A stretch of 64,000 nucleotides of DNA. Source: an uncultured virus (IMG/VR IMGVR_UViG_3300034106_001935) (lineage: Duplodnaviria > Heunggongvirae > Uroviricota > Caudoviricetes). Within the stretch, counting starts at the first letter, position 1. Each line of letters opens with the position of its first letter. Made by a program: the position numbers and the translations under genes. The DNA is taken from IMG/VR virus record IMGVR_UViG_3300034106_001935; one strand, 5' to 3'. A model generated the notes under the pieces. It was not told the origin of the DNA. It ran no database searches and saw only the letters and a list, made by a program, of their open reading frames with translations. Shown here piece by piece: positions 10,079 to 17,709 of this stretch.

Positions 10079-10871
10079 TACAAAATTATCCGCTCAACAA
10101 ATTAATAAAATATTAGGTAACATTACTTTCCCTAATAGTTTGTCTACGAACGGTACCATTCAAGGATCTGGAAATGTGAATATTTTTTCTTTTGGTGAAG
10201 AACAACAATCTAAGTATTTTAAAAAATACGAAATTTACGAATCAGAAGAAGATTTGTTGGCATTGAGTTGTGCTTGGTATAGAATACGAAACAGTTCTAC
10301 AGATACTAATCTAGCCATTCGCCCTACAATTAGTAAGCTTCTGGATAGAGATTTGTTCCCGTTAGTAACTGACGAAGATAAAGAATTAGCAGGTAAGGTT
10401 CGTGACTATTACAGCAAAAAAATTATGATGCTGAAATTAAAAAACGAACATATCTCTAACTATACTGAGGACTTGAATAAATTTGTTCACAGCGATGGAA
10501 CTAAATTTGTAGAGCAAACATTTGGATTGGCATATCGTTTGCCCCAGTTCTACTTCTATGATATAGAGATTGATAAAATTTTCAGCGGAAGAAAAACGGT
10601 AGTATCAAAAAATGTTATAGGCAAAGAGTTAAAAACATTATCATTCATTAGTAAAACTGTGTTAGATCGCCGATCATTAAAGCGTAATGAATATTGGTTT
10701 AGTGACGAAAACAATAATGTTGTTGCTCTTTACTTAGATAAAAATAATCCATTGACTGGTATATTTGAACAACTCATACAAAATCCTATCACTCTCAGTG
10801 GTCTTTATTATACTAAACGAAAGCACGATATAGGATTCTATCAAGTTGAAAAGTATGATTTGGTTAACTAA
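10071..10871 (+). CDS. Hypothetical protein
   Basis: 266-aa ORF, TTG start with GGAGG RBS. Confidence 0.7.
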   Translation: MANTKLSAQQINKILGNITFPNSLSTNGTIQGSGNVNIFSFGEEQQSKYFKKYEIYESEEDLLALSCAWYRIRNSSTDTNLAIRPTISKLLDRDLFPLVTDEDKELAGKVRDYYSKKIMMLKLKNEHISNYTEDLNKFVHSDGTKFVEQTFGLAYRLPQFYFYDIEIDKIFSGRKTVVSKNVIGKELKTLSFISKTVLDRRSLKRNEYWFSDENNNVVALYLDKNNPLTGIFEQLIQNPITLSGLYYTKRKHDIGFYQVEKYDLVN

Positions 10872-10975
10872 TCGCAGTTAATGTGCTAACTGTTCTATGT
10901 TATTACACATAGTCCTGACACTTAATATGGTACCTTATTACGGTAAATATTAGTTTGTGAAAGGAAACAAAAAAC

Positions 10976-11215
10976 ATGGAACAAGTAAGCAAAGCATTTG
11001 GCATGGCAGGAGTATTTCTAGGTCATGTTATGGATTTAGGAATCAAACTGATTGCCGTAGGCGTTGTTCTACAAATCCTATTTGGTGCGGCAGTACCATT
11101 CCTAGGCATTGATGTAGTTGGCTCTATCGCTAAGTTCGTTGGTGCATTAGGCGAGAAGGGTCTTGTAGGCTTGATTGCCCTAGCAGTTATTTTTTGGGCT
11201 TGGAACAAAAAGTAA
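10976..11215 (+). CDS. Small membrane protein (two or three hydrophobic segments)
   Basis: AAGGA RBS; LIAVGVVLQILFG and GLVGLIALAVIFWAW; own terminator. Confidence 0.75.
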   Translation: MEQVSKAFGMAGVFLGHVMDLGIKLIAVGVVLQILFGAAVPFLGIDVVGSIAKFVGALGEKGLVGLIALAVIFWAWNKK

Positions 11216-11236
11216 TCGTTTCACACACTAACACAG

Positions 11237-11260
11237 AACCCGCCTAGTGCGGGTTTTTTT
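11237..11260 (+). terminator. Rho-independent terminator
   Basis: AACCCGC-CTAGT-GCGGGTT followed by a T run. Confidence 0.85.
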
Positions 11261-11261
11261 G

Positions 11262-11290
11262 TTGACATACCCGTAAAATTACTATATAAT
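11262..11290 (+). promoter_or_regulatory. Consensus sigma70 promoter
   Basis: TTGACA-17 nt-TATAAT upstream of GAGGA RBS. Confidence 0.85.
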
Positions 11291-11320
11291 TTATTCTATA
11301 CAGTTTATTGAGAGGAACTT

Positions 11321-11917
11321 ATGAGTCTTAGCCCAGATGCACTTAAATTGATAAAAAACTATTTTTTTGGTGATAAAAAAGAATTTAACAAATTGACCAA
11401 AGTAGCACAAGAAATTATTGAGACATTTTTATTTGACAAAAATTCAAGTACATTAAGAGAGGAACTAACACTTTCTGTGGCAGGTTGCAAAAAAATAGAT
11501 AAAAAACAAGGAGCAGACGGCTATGACAGTACAAGAAAAAAATATGTTGAAGTAAAACCTGAATACGCTCACAAAAATGAAAAGGGGAAACAAAAAAAAT
11601 TAACAGGTGGCGGTAGTTTTAATGATATTACCTTGAAAAAAATCAATGATATTAAAGACTGGGATATTCTTTGTTCAGGGTTTGCAGACGATAAATGCCT
11701 TTTTGTGGTGAGGTTCCCTGCAAATCATATCACTTCAGATTTAGAAGCAAAACTCTTAAAGAAAATTAACAATTCAACCACTCGTAAATCCGTGAGATTT
11801 GGATATAAACAATATATTGACTGCCCAAATTTAGAAATACTTTACTTTGATGAAAATAATTCAAAAAAATGTATGAGTAAAGTAATGCTTCAAAAATTTA
11901 TAAACCTAACAAAATGA
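11321..11917 (+). CDS. Putative PD-(D/E)xK nuclease (restriction endonuclease-like)
   Basis: GADG..YVEVK motif; ATGA-coupled to a methyltransferase. Confidence 0.5.
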   Translation: MSLSPDALKLIKNYFFGDKKEFNKLTKVAQEIIETFLFDKNSSTLREELTLSVAGCKKIDKKQGADGYDSTRKKYVEVKPEYAHKNEKGKQKKLTGGGSFNDITLKKINDIKDWDILCSGFADDKCLFVVRFPANHITSDLEAKLLKKINNSTTRKSVRFGYKQYIDCPNLEILYFDENNSKKCMSKVMLQKFINLTK

Positions 11918-12906
11918 TTTTAAATTATTTAAATAAAAGATTTAGTTTAAGAAATTTATCAAATTCTGATTTTGAAAATCTATTGCCCCATCTTGCTAAA
12001 GAGTTAGAACAAACTAGTTTCCTACATAATTATTCTGTTGACGAATTAAAAAAAGATTGGCAAAAACTTTGCAAATGGACTACCACAGATAACGATATCA
12101 ATTCTACCTCTAGATTGGGTATGAAATTGAGTGAACACTTTTGCCCTAATTTCTATGATATTGAAAGTGCAACAGGAACTAGTTTTAAGAGTTTGTGGAA
12201 GGCAGAAAATTTAGAAAAAATTCTAAGATGGAACCGTAAAAGTCATAGCACCCCGTACATGAGTGAGTTAAAGCGTGGCATTTACTTTTGTTGTGGTCTA
12301 ACAAAAAACACAATGTACAGACCTCAAATGATGAAACTAGCCTGCATAAAATACAAGCCTGAAATAGTCCTTGATCCTTGTGCAGGTTGGGGAGGTCGCA
12401 TGCTCGGTGCAGTATCGTATGGGGCCCATTACATAGCATTTGAACCAAACACTGAAACTTATAAAAATCTAAATGACATTGTGAACTTTTTGGGGATACA
12501 AAATCGTGTGACCTTGATTTGTGATGATGCGTTAAACATGAAAAAATACAACCTACCTAAGGTAGATTTAGTTTTAACAAGTCCTCCCTACTTTGACCTT
12601 GAAGTATACGCACATCAAAATACGCAATCAATTACCAATACACCAACCTACCAAGCTTGGGCAGATACTTTTTTGCGTGGGATCATTCATTTGAGCATTG
12701 AACATCTTAAAGAAGATGGTGTTAGTTGCTGGAATGTAGGTAAGGTACGCAATCGGGACATGAGTGATGATGTACTTGCCTACCATAAAGAATTGGGTTT
12801 TAGTGTTGTGAACACCCTCAATGTGGTGAGCAGTAAAAGGCAAAGCAATCAGACTTCACAAAAGAATGCCAAGAGTGCGGATACCACTGTAGTCTATAAA
12901 AACTAA
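11914..12906 (+). CDS. DNA amino-methyltransferase (N4-C/N6-A)
   Basis: SAM motif VLDPCAGWGGR and catalytic TSPPYF. Confidence 0.85.
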   Translation: MILNYLNKRFSLRNLSNSDFENLLPHLAKELEQTSFLHNYSVDELKKDWQKLCKWTTTDNDINSTSRLGMKLSEHFCPNFYDIESATGTSFKSLWKAENLEKILRWNRKSHSTPYMSELKRGIYFCCGLTKNTMYRPQMMKLACIKYKPEIVLDPCAGWGGRMLGAVSYGAHYIAFEPNTETYKNLNDIVNFLGIQNRVTLICDDALNMKKYNLPKVDLVLTSPPYFDLEVYAHQNTQSITNTPTYQAWADTFLRGIIHLSIEHLKEDGVSCWNVGKVRNRDMSDDVLAYHKELGFSVVNTLNVVSSKRQSNQTSQKNAKSADTTVVYKN

Positions 12907-12908
12907 AT

Positions 12909-12937
12909 TTGACAATAAATGGTTCCTGTGCTATACT
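12909..12937 (+). promoter_or_regulatory. Early promoter repeat, copy 1
   Basis: TTGACA ATAAATGGTTCCTGTGC TATACT. Confidence 0.8.
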
Positions 12938-12961
12938 AAGGTATAGTTGATAAGGAACTGT

Positions 12962-13108
12962 ATGAACTACACTCTGGTAACTCCCCAAGGTCGTATCTAC
13001 ACTTTCTACATTGAAGCCACTGCATTGTGCTACCAGCAAGCATACGGTGGCGTTGTTTTTTCACAACAGATTTTGAAGGATGAACATGTCACAGCCTGTG
13101 TACAATAA
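12962..13108 (+). CDS. Small hypothetical protein, 48 aa (not in ORF track)
   Basis: MNYTLVTPQGRIYTFY...; AAGGA RBS after promoter. Confidence 0.6.
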   Translation: MNYTLVTPQGRIYTFYIEATALCYQQAYGGVVFSQQILKDEHVTACVQ

Positions 13109-13367
13109 GGAACTTAAGTGCAAGGATTGTAAACACGCCAAGGGCTCATTCATGGCTCGGCTATTGCGTGAAAGTTATTTTTTCAAGTGCCATATTCCCG
13201 AGTCCTGGAATGAGGAAAAGTATGACCCGGTGTTCGGTAAAATTACCCCGGGTTATTTTCATAGTTGCAATGTAATGCGTGGAACCTACGAAGCCTGTGG
13301 TCCTGACGGAAAGCGTTGGACTCCCCGTGACACTAAACTGATTTTTCTAGCACTAAAAAACGGTTGA
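13080..13367 (+). CDS. Cys-rich hypothetical protein
   Basis: CKDCKH..C..C..R..CGPDGK.W; start may be 13086. Confidence 0.65.
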   Translation: MNMSQPVYNKELKCKDCKHAKGSFMARLLRESYFFKCHIPESWNEEKYDPVFGKITPGYFHSCNVMRGTYEACGPDGKRWTPRDTKLIFLALKNG

Positions 13368-13392
13368 CAATAATTGGATTTGGGCATATAAT
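13364..13392 (+). promoter_or_regulatory. Early promoter repeat, copy 2
   Basis: TTGACA ATAATTGGATTTGGGCA TATAAT. Confidence 0.85.
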
Positions 13393-13398
13393 ACAAAT

Positions 13399-13572
13399 AT
13401 GCTGAAAAAACAACATGTTACCCTAATTAAGAACGCCGAGGGCTATCTTTGGGCCGAGATGGGTAAGCAATACAAAACACTCAAGGGCGCAAAAATCGGA
13501 GCCCTGCATGATGCTCGGACGCTCGCAAAGCGTGATGTCCGAGTGTATACTTTCCTTACAATTATTGGTTGA
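13399..13572 (+). CDS. Small basic hypothetical protein, 57 aa (not in ORF track)
   Basis: MLKKQHVTLIKNAEGYLW...; fills the space between promoter copies; ATG 6 nt after -10. Confidence 0.55.
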   Translation: MLKKQHVTLIKNAEGYLWAEMGKQYKTLKGAKIGALHDARTLAKRDVRVYTFLTIIG

Positions 13573-13618
13573 CAATAATTGGATTTGGTTATATAATAGT
13601 CTCATAGACAGTTAGATA
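13567..13618 (+). repeat. Early promoter repeat, copy 3 (52 bp identical to 14399-14450)
   Basis: GGTTGACAATAATTGGATTTGGTTATATAATAGTCTCATAGACAGTTAGATA. Confidence 0.9.
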
Positions 13619-13630
13619 CAGGAGCGAATT

Positions 13631-13897
13631 ATGCGTGCAAAGCGTTTGGTTGAAGGTCTGAATAACAGCCAAAAAATCCGTGTGATTGTTGACGGTGTTG
13701 GCTTCTTTACTACGGTGGCTGGCGTGTTTGATATGTGTTTTATTGCCCAGCGTGTCTCTGTGCTTATGGCTCTACAAACCATCGGTACTAGTCAGGCTCT
13801 GACGGGCAAGGAAATTACTGGTATCGCCCGTACATACAATGCCTATGACCACGATGGTCAAAAGGTTGATGTTCAGGTTCAAGTTGACCTCATTTAA
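13631..13897 (+). CDS. Hypothetical early protein
   Basis: AGGAG RBS within repeat leader. Confidence 0.7.
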   Translation: MRAKRLVEGLNNSQKIRVIVDGVGFFTTVAGVFDMCFIAQRVSVLMALQTIGTSQALTGKEITGIARTYNAYDHDGQKVDVQVQVDLI

Positions 13898-13906
13898 GGA
13901 GTAATT

Positions 13907-13996
13907 ATGGCTAAGATGATCACCTCGGCCCAGATGAATAAATGGGTAGCTGAGACATGGAAGCGTATTCAAGACCAAGCATGGAAGGGTCAGTAA
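13907..13996 (+). CDS. Micro-ORF, 29 aa (MAKMITSAQMNKWVAETWKRIQDQAWKGQ)
   Basis: AAGGAG RBS; fits exactly between neighbouring ORFs. Confidence 0.5.
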   Translation: MAKMITSAQMNKWVAETWKRIQDQAWKGQ

Positions 13997-13997
13997 A

Positions 13998-14210
13998 ATG
14001 GGTTACAAGGTTCTTGGTCGCACTGAAGATGTTTATGGTGGGTACAAGCCTATCAAGGGTCTTGAGGGTCCGTTTGCTTTCGTGGGTGGTCGTGTATTGT
14101 ATTACGATCCGAAGGCAGGTCAATACTGGGATCCCAAGACTGATTTCTATGTTGAACAATTTGAAATGAACACTCTCAATGAGGAGTTGGCTCGTTTTCT
14201 CTCACGCTGA
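13998..14210 (+). CDS. Hypothetical protein (GLEGPF..YYDPK.GQYWDP type)
   Basis: 70-aa ORF starting immediately after the previous stop. Confidence 0.7.
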   Translation: MGYKVLGRTEDVYGGYKPIKGLEGPFAFVGGRVLYYDPKAGQYWDPKTDFYVEQFEMNTLNEELARFLSR

Positions 14211-14224
14211 AAGGTTGACAAAAA

Positions 14225-14398
14225 ATGTCTAGGATGAGTGATATTTCCATGGATATTCAAGAATATTTGGAAGAGGGTATGCACCCCACTAAGATTGCTA
14301 GGATTCTTAATATTCCGTTGAGTTGGGTCTATGACACCCTAGAATCCATGGAATCTAAATCTGAGGATTTTGATCCGTTCAGCACGGTGAATTCCTGA
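14225..14398 (+). CDS. Small HTH-like protein, 57 aa (not in ORF track)
   Basis: LEEGMHPTKIARILNIPLSWVYD resembles a helix-turn-helix. Confidence 0.55.
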   Translation: MSRMSDISMDIQEYLEEGMHPTKIARILNIPLSWVYDTLESMESKSEDFDPFSTVNS

Positions 14399-14450
14399 GG
14401 TTGACAATAATTGGATTTGGTTATATAATAGTCTCATAGACAGTTAGATA
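14399..14450 (+). repeat. Early promoter repeat, copy 4
   Basis: Identical to 13567-13618; TTGACA-17-TATAAT. Confidence 0.9.
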
Positions 14451-14461
14451 ACGGAGCAAAT

Positions 14462-14929
14462 ATGAAGGTCGTCATTTACACTCAAGTCCGCGAAAACTAC
14501 GGTACCGTTGCTGAACCCTACTGGAAGATGAAGGGCGGTGAGGTCTTTGTTGTTCCCGATCTGACAGTTGAACAAACCCTTAAGGTCAAGGAGCGTGGTA
14601 TACCCACCCTCAAGGCATTGATTGAAACCCATTCGGATATGTTTGAGGAGTATGTGGTTGACTACGCCATCCTTGACAATGATGTTAAGGTTACCGAGCC
14701 GTGGGAGACCCCGTTTGAACTCCGTTGGATCGGCGGTCGTTGGATCGCTAATCGCACCGTTGAGAACGGTGAGTATGGCTATATGAACTCCAAGGTCGAG
14801 CGTAAGACCGAGGAGTATGATATGGAGATGGCTGGCGGTCGTGCCAACTATCGTGTTGTGTATACGATGCGTGACGGAGCAATTGTCACCGGTGATCAAG
14901 TGTCCGAATACCTCGCAAAGGCTGCGTAA
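14462..14929 (+). CDS. Hypothetical early protein (TQ.RENYG..YWK.KGG type)
   Basis: GGAG RBS after promoter repeat. Confidence 0.75.
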   Translation: MKVVIYTQVRENYGTVAEPYWKMKGGEVFVVPDLTVEQTLKVKERGIPTLKALIETHSDMFEEYVVDYAILDNDVKVTEPWETPFELRWIGGRWIANRTVENGEYGYMNSKVERKTEEYDMEMAGGRANYRVVYTMRDGAIVTGDQVSEYLAKAA

Positions 14930-15240
14930 TGGATAAAATTGTGCGTGACGGCATGGTTGCCGTGCTAGTATCTCCCGGCTTCGGTGCCGGCTGGTATACT
15001 TGGAACAAAGAAATGCCCGAATTGTTGTTTGATCCCACCCTTGTGGATTTGGTATTGAGCGGTGCTGAGTCTGAGGAACTTGTGGCTTATGCTGACTTGA
15101 AGTACCCTGAGGGGTACACTGGCGGAGCAGGCGACTTGATTGTAAAGTGGGTACCTGAAGGGGCACAGTTTCGTATTGATGAATACGATGGCTCCGAATC
15201 ATTGGTATTAGAATCTGAGGAAGTTTGGATCACGGCCTGA
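14929..15240 (+). CDS. Hypothetical phage protein (VAVLVSPGFGAGW..IDEYDGSE type)
   Basis: TAATG-coupled ORF. Confidence 0.75.
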   Translation: MDKIVRDGMVAVLVSPGFGAGWYTWNKEMPELLFDPTLVDLVLSGAESEELVAYADLKYPEGYTGGAGDLIVKWVPEGAQFRIDEYDGSESLVLESEEVWITA

Positions 15241-15242
15241 GG

Positions 15243-15277
15243 TTGACAATAAATGGATCCTGTGTTAAACTAGGATC
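15243..15277 (+). promoter_or_regulatory. Early promoter repeat, copy 5, with inverted repeat around -10
   Basis: TTGACA ATAAATGGATCCTGTGT TAAACT; GATCCT/AGGATC. Confidence 0.7.
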
Positions 15278-15301
15278 TTTCAGTCAACTTCAGGAATAAA
15301 C

Positions 15302-15490
15302 ATGACTCTACTTTCCGATCTTTCTGATTTTATTGAAGCCTGCAAGACCTTGGATAACTATGCAATTTTTGACTTGTTTGAAGATGGATGCACCGAGGAA
15401 TTGCGTGAACTGATTTATTCATTCGGAGATCCGGATTGCTATGAACCTTTCCGTGACGCAATGTACAACCTAGGATTTGTAGATTTTTAA
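15302..15490 (+). CDS. Small acidic hypothetical protein
   Basis: AGGA RBS; bounded by promoter repeats. Confidence 0.65.
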   Translation: MTLLSDLSDFIEACKTLDNYAIFDLFEDGCTEELRELIYSFGDPDCYEPFRDAMYNLGFVDF

Positions 15491-15492
15491 TA

Positions 15493-15556
15493 GGTTGACA
15501 ATAAATGGATTTGGCTATATAATACATACATAGACAGTTAAGACACAGGAGCAAAT
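15493..15556 (+). promoter_or_regulatory. Early promoter repeat, copy 6, with leader and RBS
   Basis: TTGACA ATAAATGGATTTGGCTA TATAAT ..CATAGACAGTTA..CAGGAGCAAAT. Confidence 0.85.
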
Positions 15557-16579
15557 ATGTCAACGATTCGCATTCTCTCTGGTTCGTATCGCAATCAAAC
15601 CGTTCGTAACGAGGTTTTTACCCTTGTCAAGGGTTTTCAAACCGGCAAGAAAGGTAACTATGTTACTGTCAAGAATGACGGCCAGTTTCCCGGCTACAGT
15701 GATGAGATTAAAATCAAGGTTGACAATATGCAGGCTATTGAATTTCTGAACGGCTCTTCGGTTGTCAGTCAAGTGTCCGAGGCTCCTGCTGAGGTTGTTA
15801 CCGAGACTGATGAGCAGGCTATGGACCGCATCAAGGAGCGTTTTGCAGTCCTTGATGAAATGTCTAAGGCATGTATCTCAGGTGATATCCGTGCTATGAT
15901 TGTGACTGGCCCCCCCGGTGTCGGTAAGAGTTTCGGCGTCACTACGCAAATGGAAAAGGCTAGCCTGTTTGATCAGGTTGTAGGCCGCAAGTTGCGTTTT
16001 GAAATTGTCAAGGGTACTATGTCCGCTATCGGATTGTTTGCTCTGTTGTACAAGTATTCGGATCGCAAGAATGTATTGGTCTTTGACGATTGCGACATTT
16101 GGGAAGATCAGGATGCTGTGAATATTCTCAAGGGTGCTTTGGATTCAGGCAAGACCCGTCGTATCTCTTACAACAAGGATAGCCGACTGTTGCGTGAAGA
16201 AGGTGTCCCCAACACTTTTGACTTCCATGGTTCTATCATTTTTATCACTAACAAGACCTTTGATAACAAGCGAGCCACTAAGATTCAGCCGCACTTGGAT
16301 GCTCTCCAGTCTCGCAGTCACTTCTTGGACCTGACTATCAACACCGAGCGTGATAAGATGCTCCGTATCAAGCAAGTCCATCGTGATGCTGACCCCGGGT
16401 TGTTCGTTGACTATGGGTTTGACAAGGAACAAGAGGAAACGATTCTGAATTTCATGTGGGACAATCACAACAAGTTGCGTGAAGTGTCCTTGCGTATGAC
16501 TTTGAAGATTGCTGATTTGGTTAAGATTAGCCCGACCAATTGGCAGAATCTGGCACGTGCCACGTGCATGAAGGGCTGA
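15557..16579 (+). CDS. AAA+/P-loop ATPase
   Basis: Walker A GPPGVGKS, Walker B VLVFDDCD, IIFITN sensor, ALQSR. Confidence 0.85.
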   Translation: MSTIRILSGSYRNQTVRNEVFTLVKGFQTGKKGNYVTVKNDGQFPGYSDEIKIKVDNMQAIEFLNGSSVVSQVSEAPAEVVTETDEQAMDRIKERFAVLDEMSKACISGDIRAMIVTGPPGVGKSFGVTTQMEKASLFDQVVGRKLRFEIVKGTMSAIGLFALLYKYSDRKNVLVFDDCDIWEDQDAVNILKGALDSGKTRRISYNKDSRLLREEGVPNTFDFHGSIIFITNKTFDNKRATKIQPHLDALQSRSHFLDLTINTERDKMLRIKQVHRDADPGLFVDYGFDKEQEETILNFMWDNHNKLREVSLRMTLKIADLVKISPTNWQNLARATCMKG

Positions 16580-16607
16580 TATTCCGTAAGTAGATTAAAC
16601 AAGTTTT

Positions 16608-16631
16608 AGGGGACTTTGGTTCCCTTTTTTT
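16608..16631 (+). terminator. Rho-independent terminator
   Basis: AGGGGAC-TTTG-GTTCCCT plus T run. Confidence 0.8.
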
Positions 16632-16677
16632 GCCTTTGTACTTGTGATTGTATATTGTAAAATGCTAAAATCAAAAG

Positions 16678-17709
16678 ATGATTGAATTAAAAACTCGGGA
16701 ACATTTGGTATACTACATGCAGGTTGGAATGATGAAACTAAGTTCGTTGGACTTAAAGTTTGTTACTAATTTGCACTTTGCCATTTTACAAAATCAGTCT
16801 GTGACTACAAACCAAATAGCGTTATTTGAAAAATTAGTGATTAAGTATCAACGACAACTAACAAAAAATAAAATTTCACCTACCTTGATATCTAAATTAA
16901 ATTGGCAAGCAACCAATATTGTCCCCAGCGAAAAAGAATATACAGAGGCAAAGGTTTCTATTGAAAACAATTTCATATACTTTCGGTCCCCCTTCAGTAA
17001 AAAATTTATAAGTGATTTAAGAACACAAACTCATTTTTTTAAATGGGATAAGGATAACAAAAGATATTCGGCTCCGTATGGGTCGTATTCTTTGAAGTTG
17101 ATTTTAGACACAGCTAAAAAATATTATCCAGTGATTAATTACTGCGATACGACTAAAACACTTTTAGAAAAACTAAAAAGACATGATTCTGTCAAGTATT
17201 GGAACCCAACTCTGGTAAAGGTAAATAATCAGTATATGATTGCGGCTATCAACAATCATATTCATAATCAGTTGTCTAATATAACACTAAATACTGATAT
17301 AAAAACACTAGCATATCTTTCTACTCTAGGTGTAGATATCTCAGACGAGATAAAATTTCAAAACAAAAAAACCAAATTTGCTAGTGAATACGATACTGAA
17401 ATTTTAATTGAAGATATTTTTGATCTACCTCATTGGCTTCGTGAAATAGAATGCGATGCAGTTGGTATAATTGCAGAACACTCTTTGCCCCAATCATTGA
17501 AGACCGAACTAAGACAAAAGTTTTCTGAATCTGGAATTCAAGTTTTTAATTTAATGAAATTATTCTTAGAAGATGTTGATAGTTATCAAACTAAAAAAAT
17601 AGCTATCATTTATTTTTCTAGCAAAATGAATTACAAGCATACTGTATCCGATCTTAACATTACTAAAAGAATCAAAGTACTCAACAACACTCCCATAAAG
17701 ATATCATGA
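16678..17709 (+). CDS. Hypothetical protein
   Basis: 343-aa ORF, ATGA-coupled to uvsW. Confidence 0.7.
   Translation: MIELKTREHLVYYMQVGMMKLSSLDLKFVTNLHFAILQNQSVTTNQIALFEKLVIKYQRQLTKNKISPTLISKLNWQATNIVPSEKEYTEAKVSIENNFIYFRSPFSKKFISDLRTQTHFFKWDKDNKRYSAPYGSYSLKLILDTAKKYYPVINYCDTTKTLLEKLKRHDSVKYWNPTLVKVNNQYMIAAINNHIHNQLSNITLNTDIKTLAYLSTLGVDISDEIKFQNKKTKFASEYDTEILIEDIFDLPHWLREIECDAVGIIAEHSLPQSLKTELRQKFSESGIQVFNLMKLFLEDVDSYQTKKIAIIYFSSKMNYKHTVSDLNITKRIKVLNNTPIKIS

Noticed and set aside
14444..15202. 252-aa minus-strand ORF
   Set aside because: Shadow of two plus-strand genes with promoter and RBS; no motif or RBS of its own
12909..15556. CRISPR array
   Set aside because: Repeats are promoters spaced 200-850 bp apart by ORFs, not by 30-40 bp spacers; no cas operon
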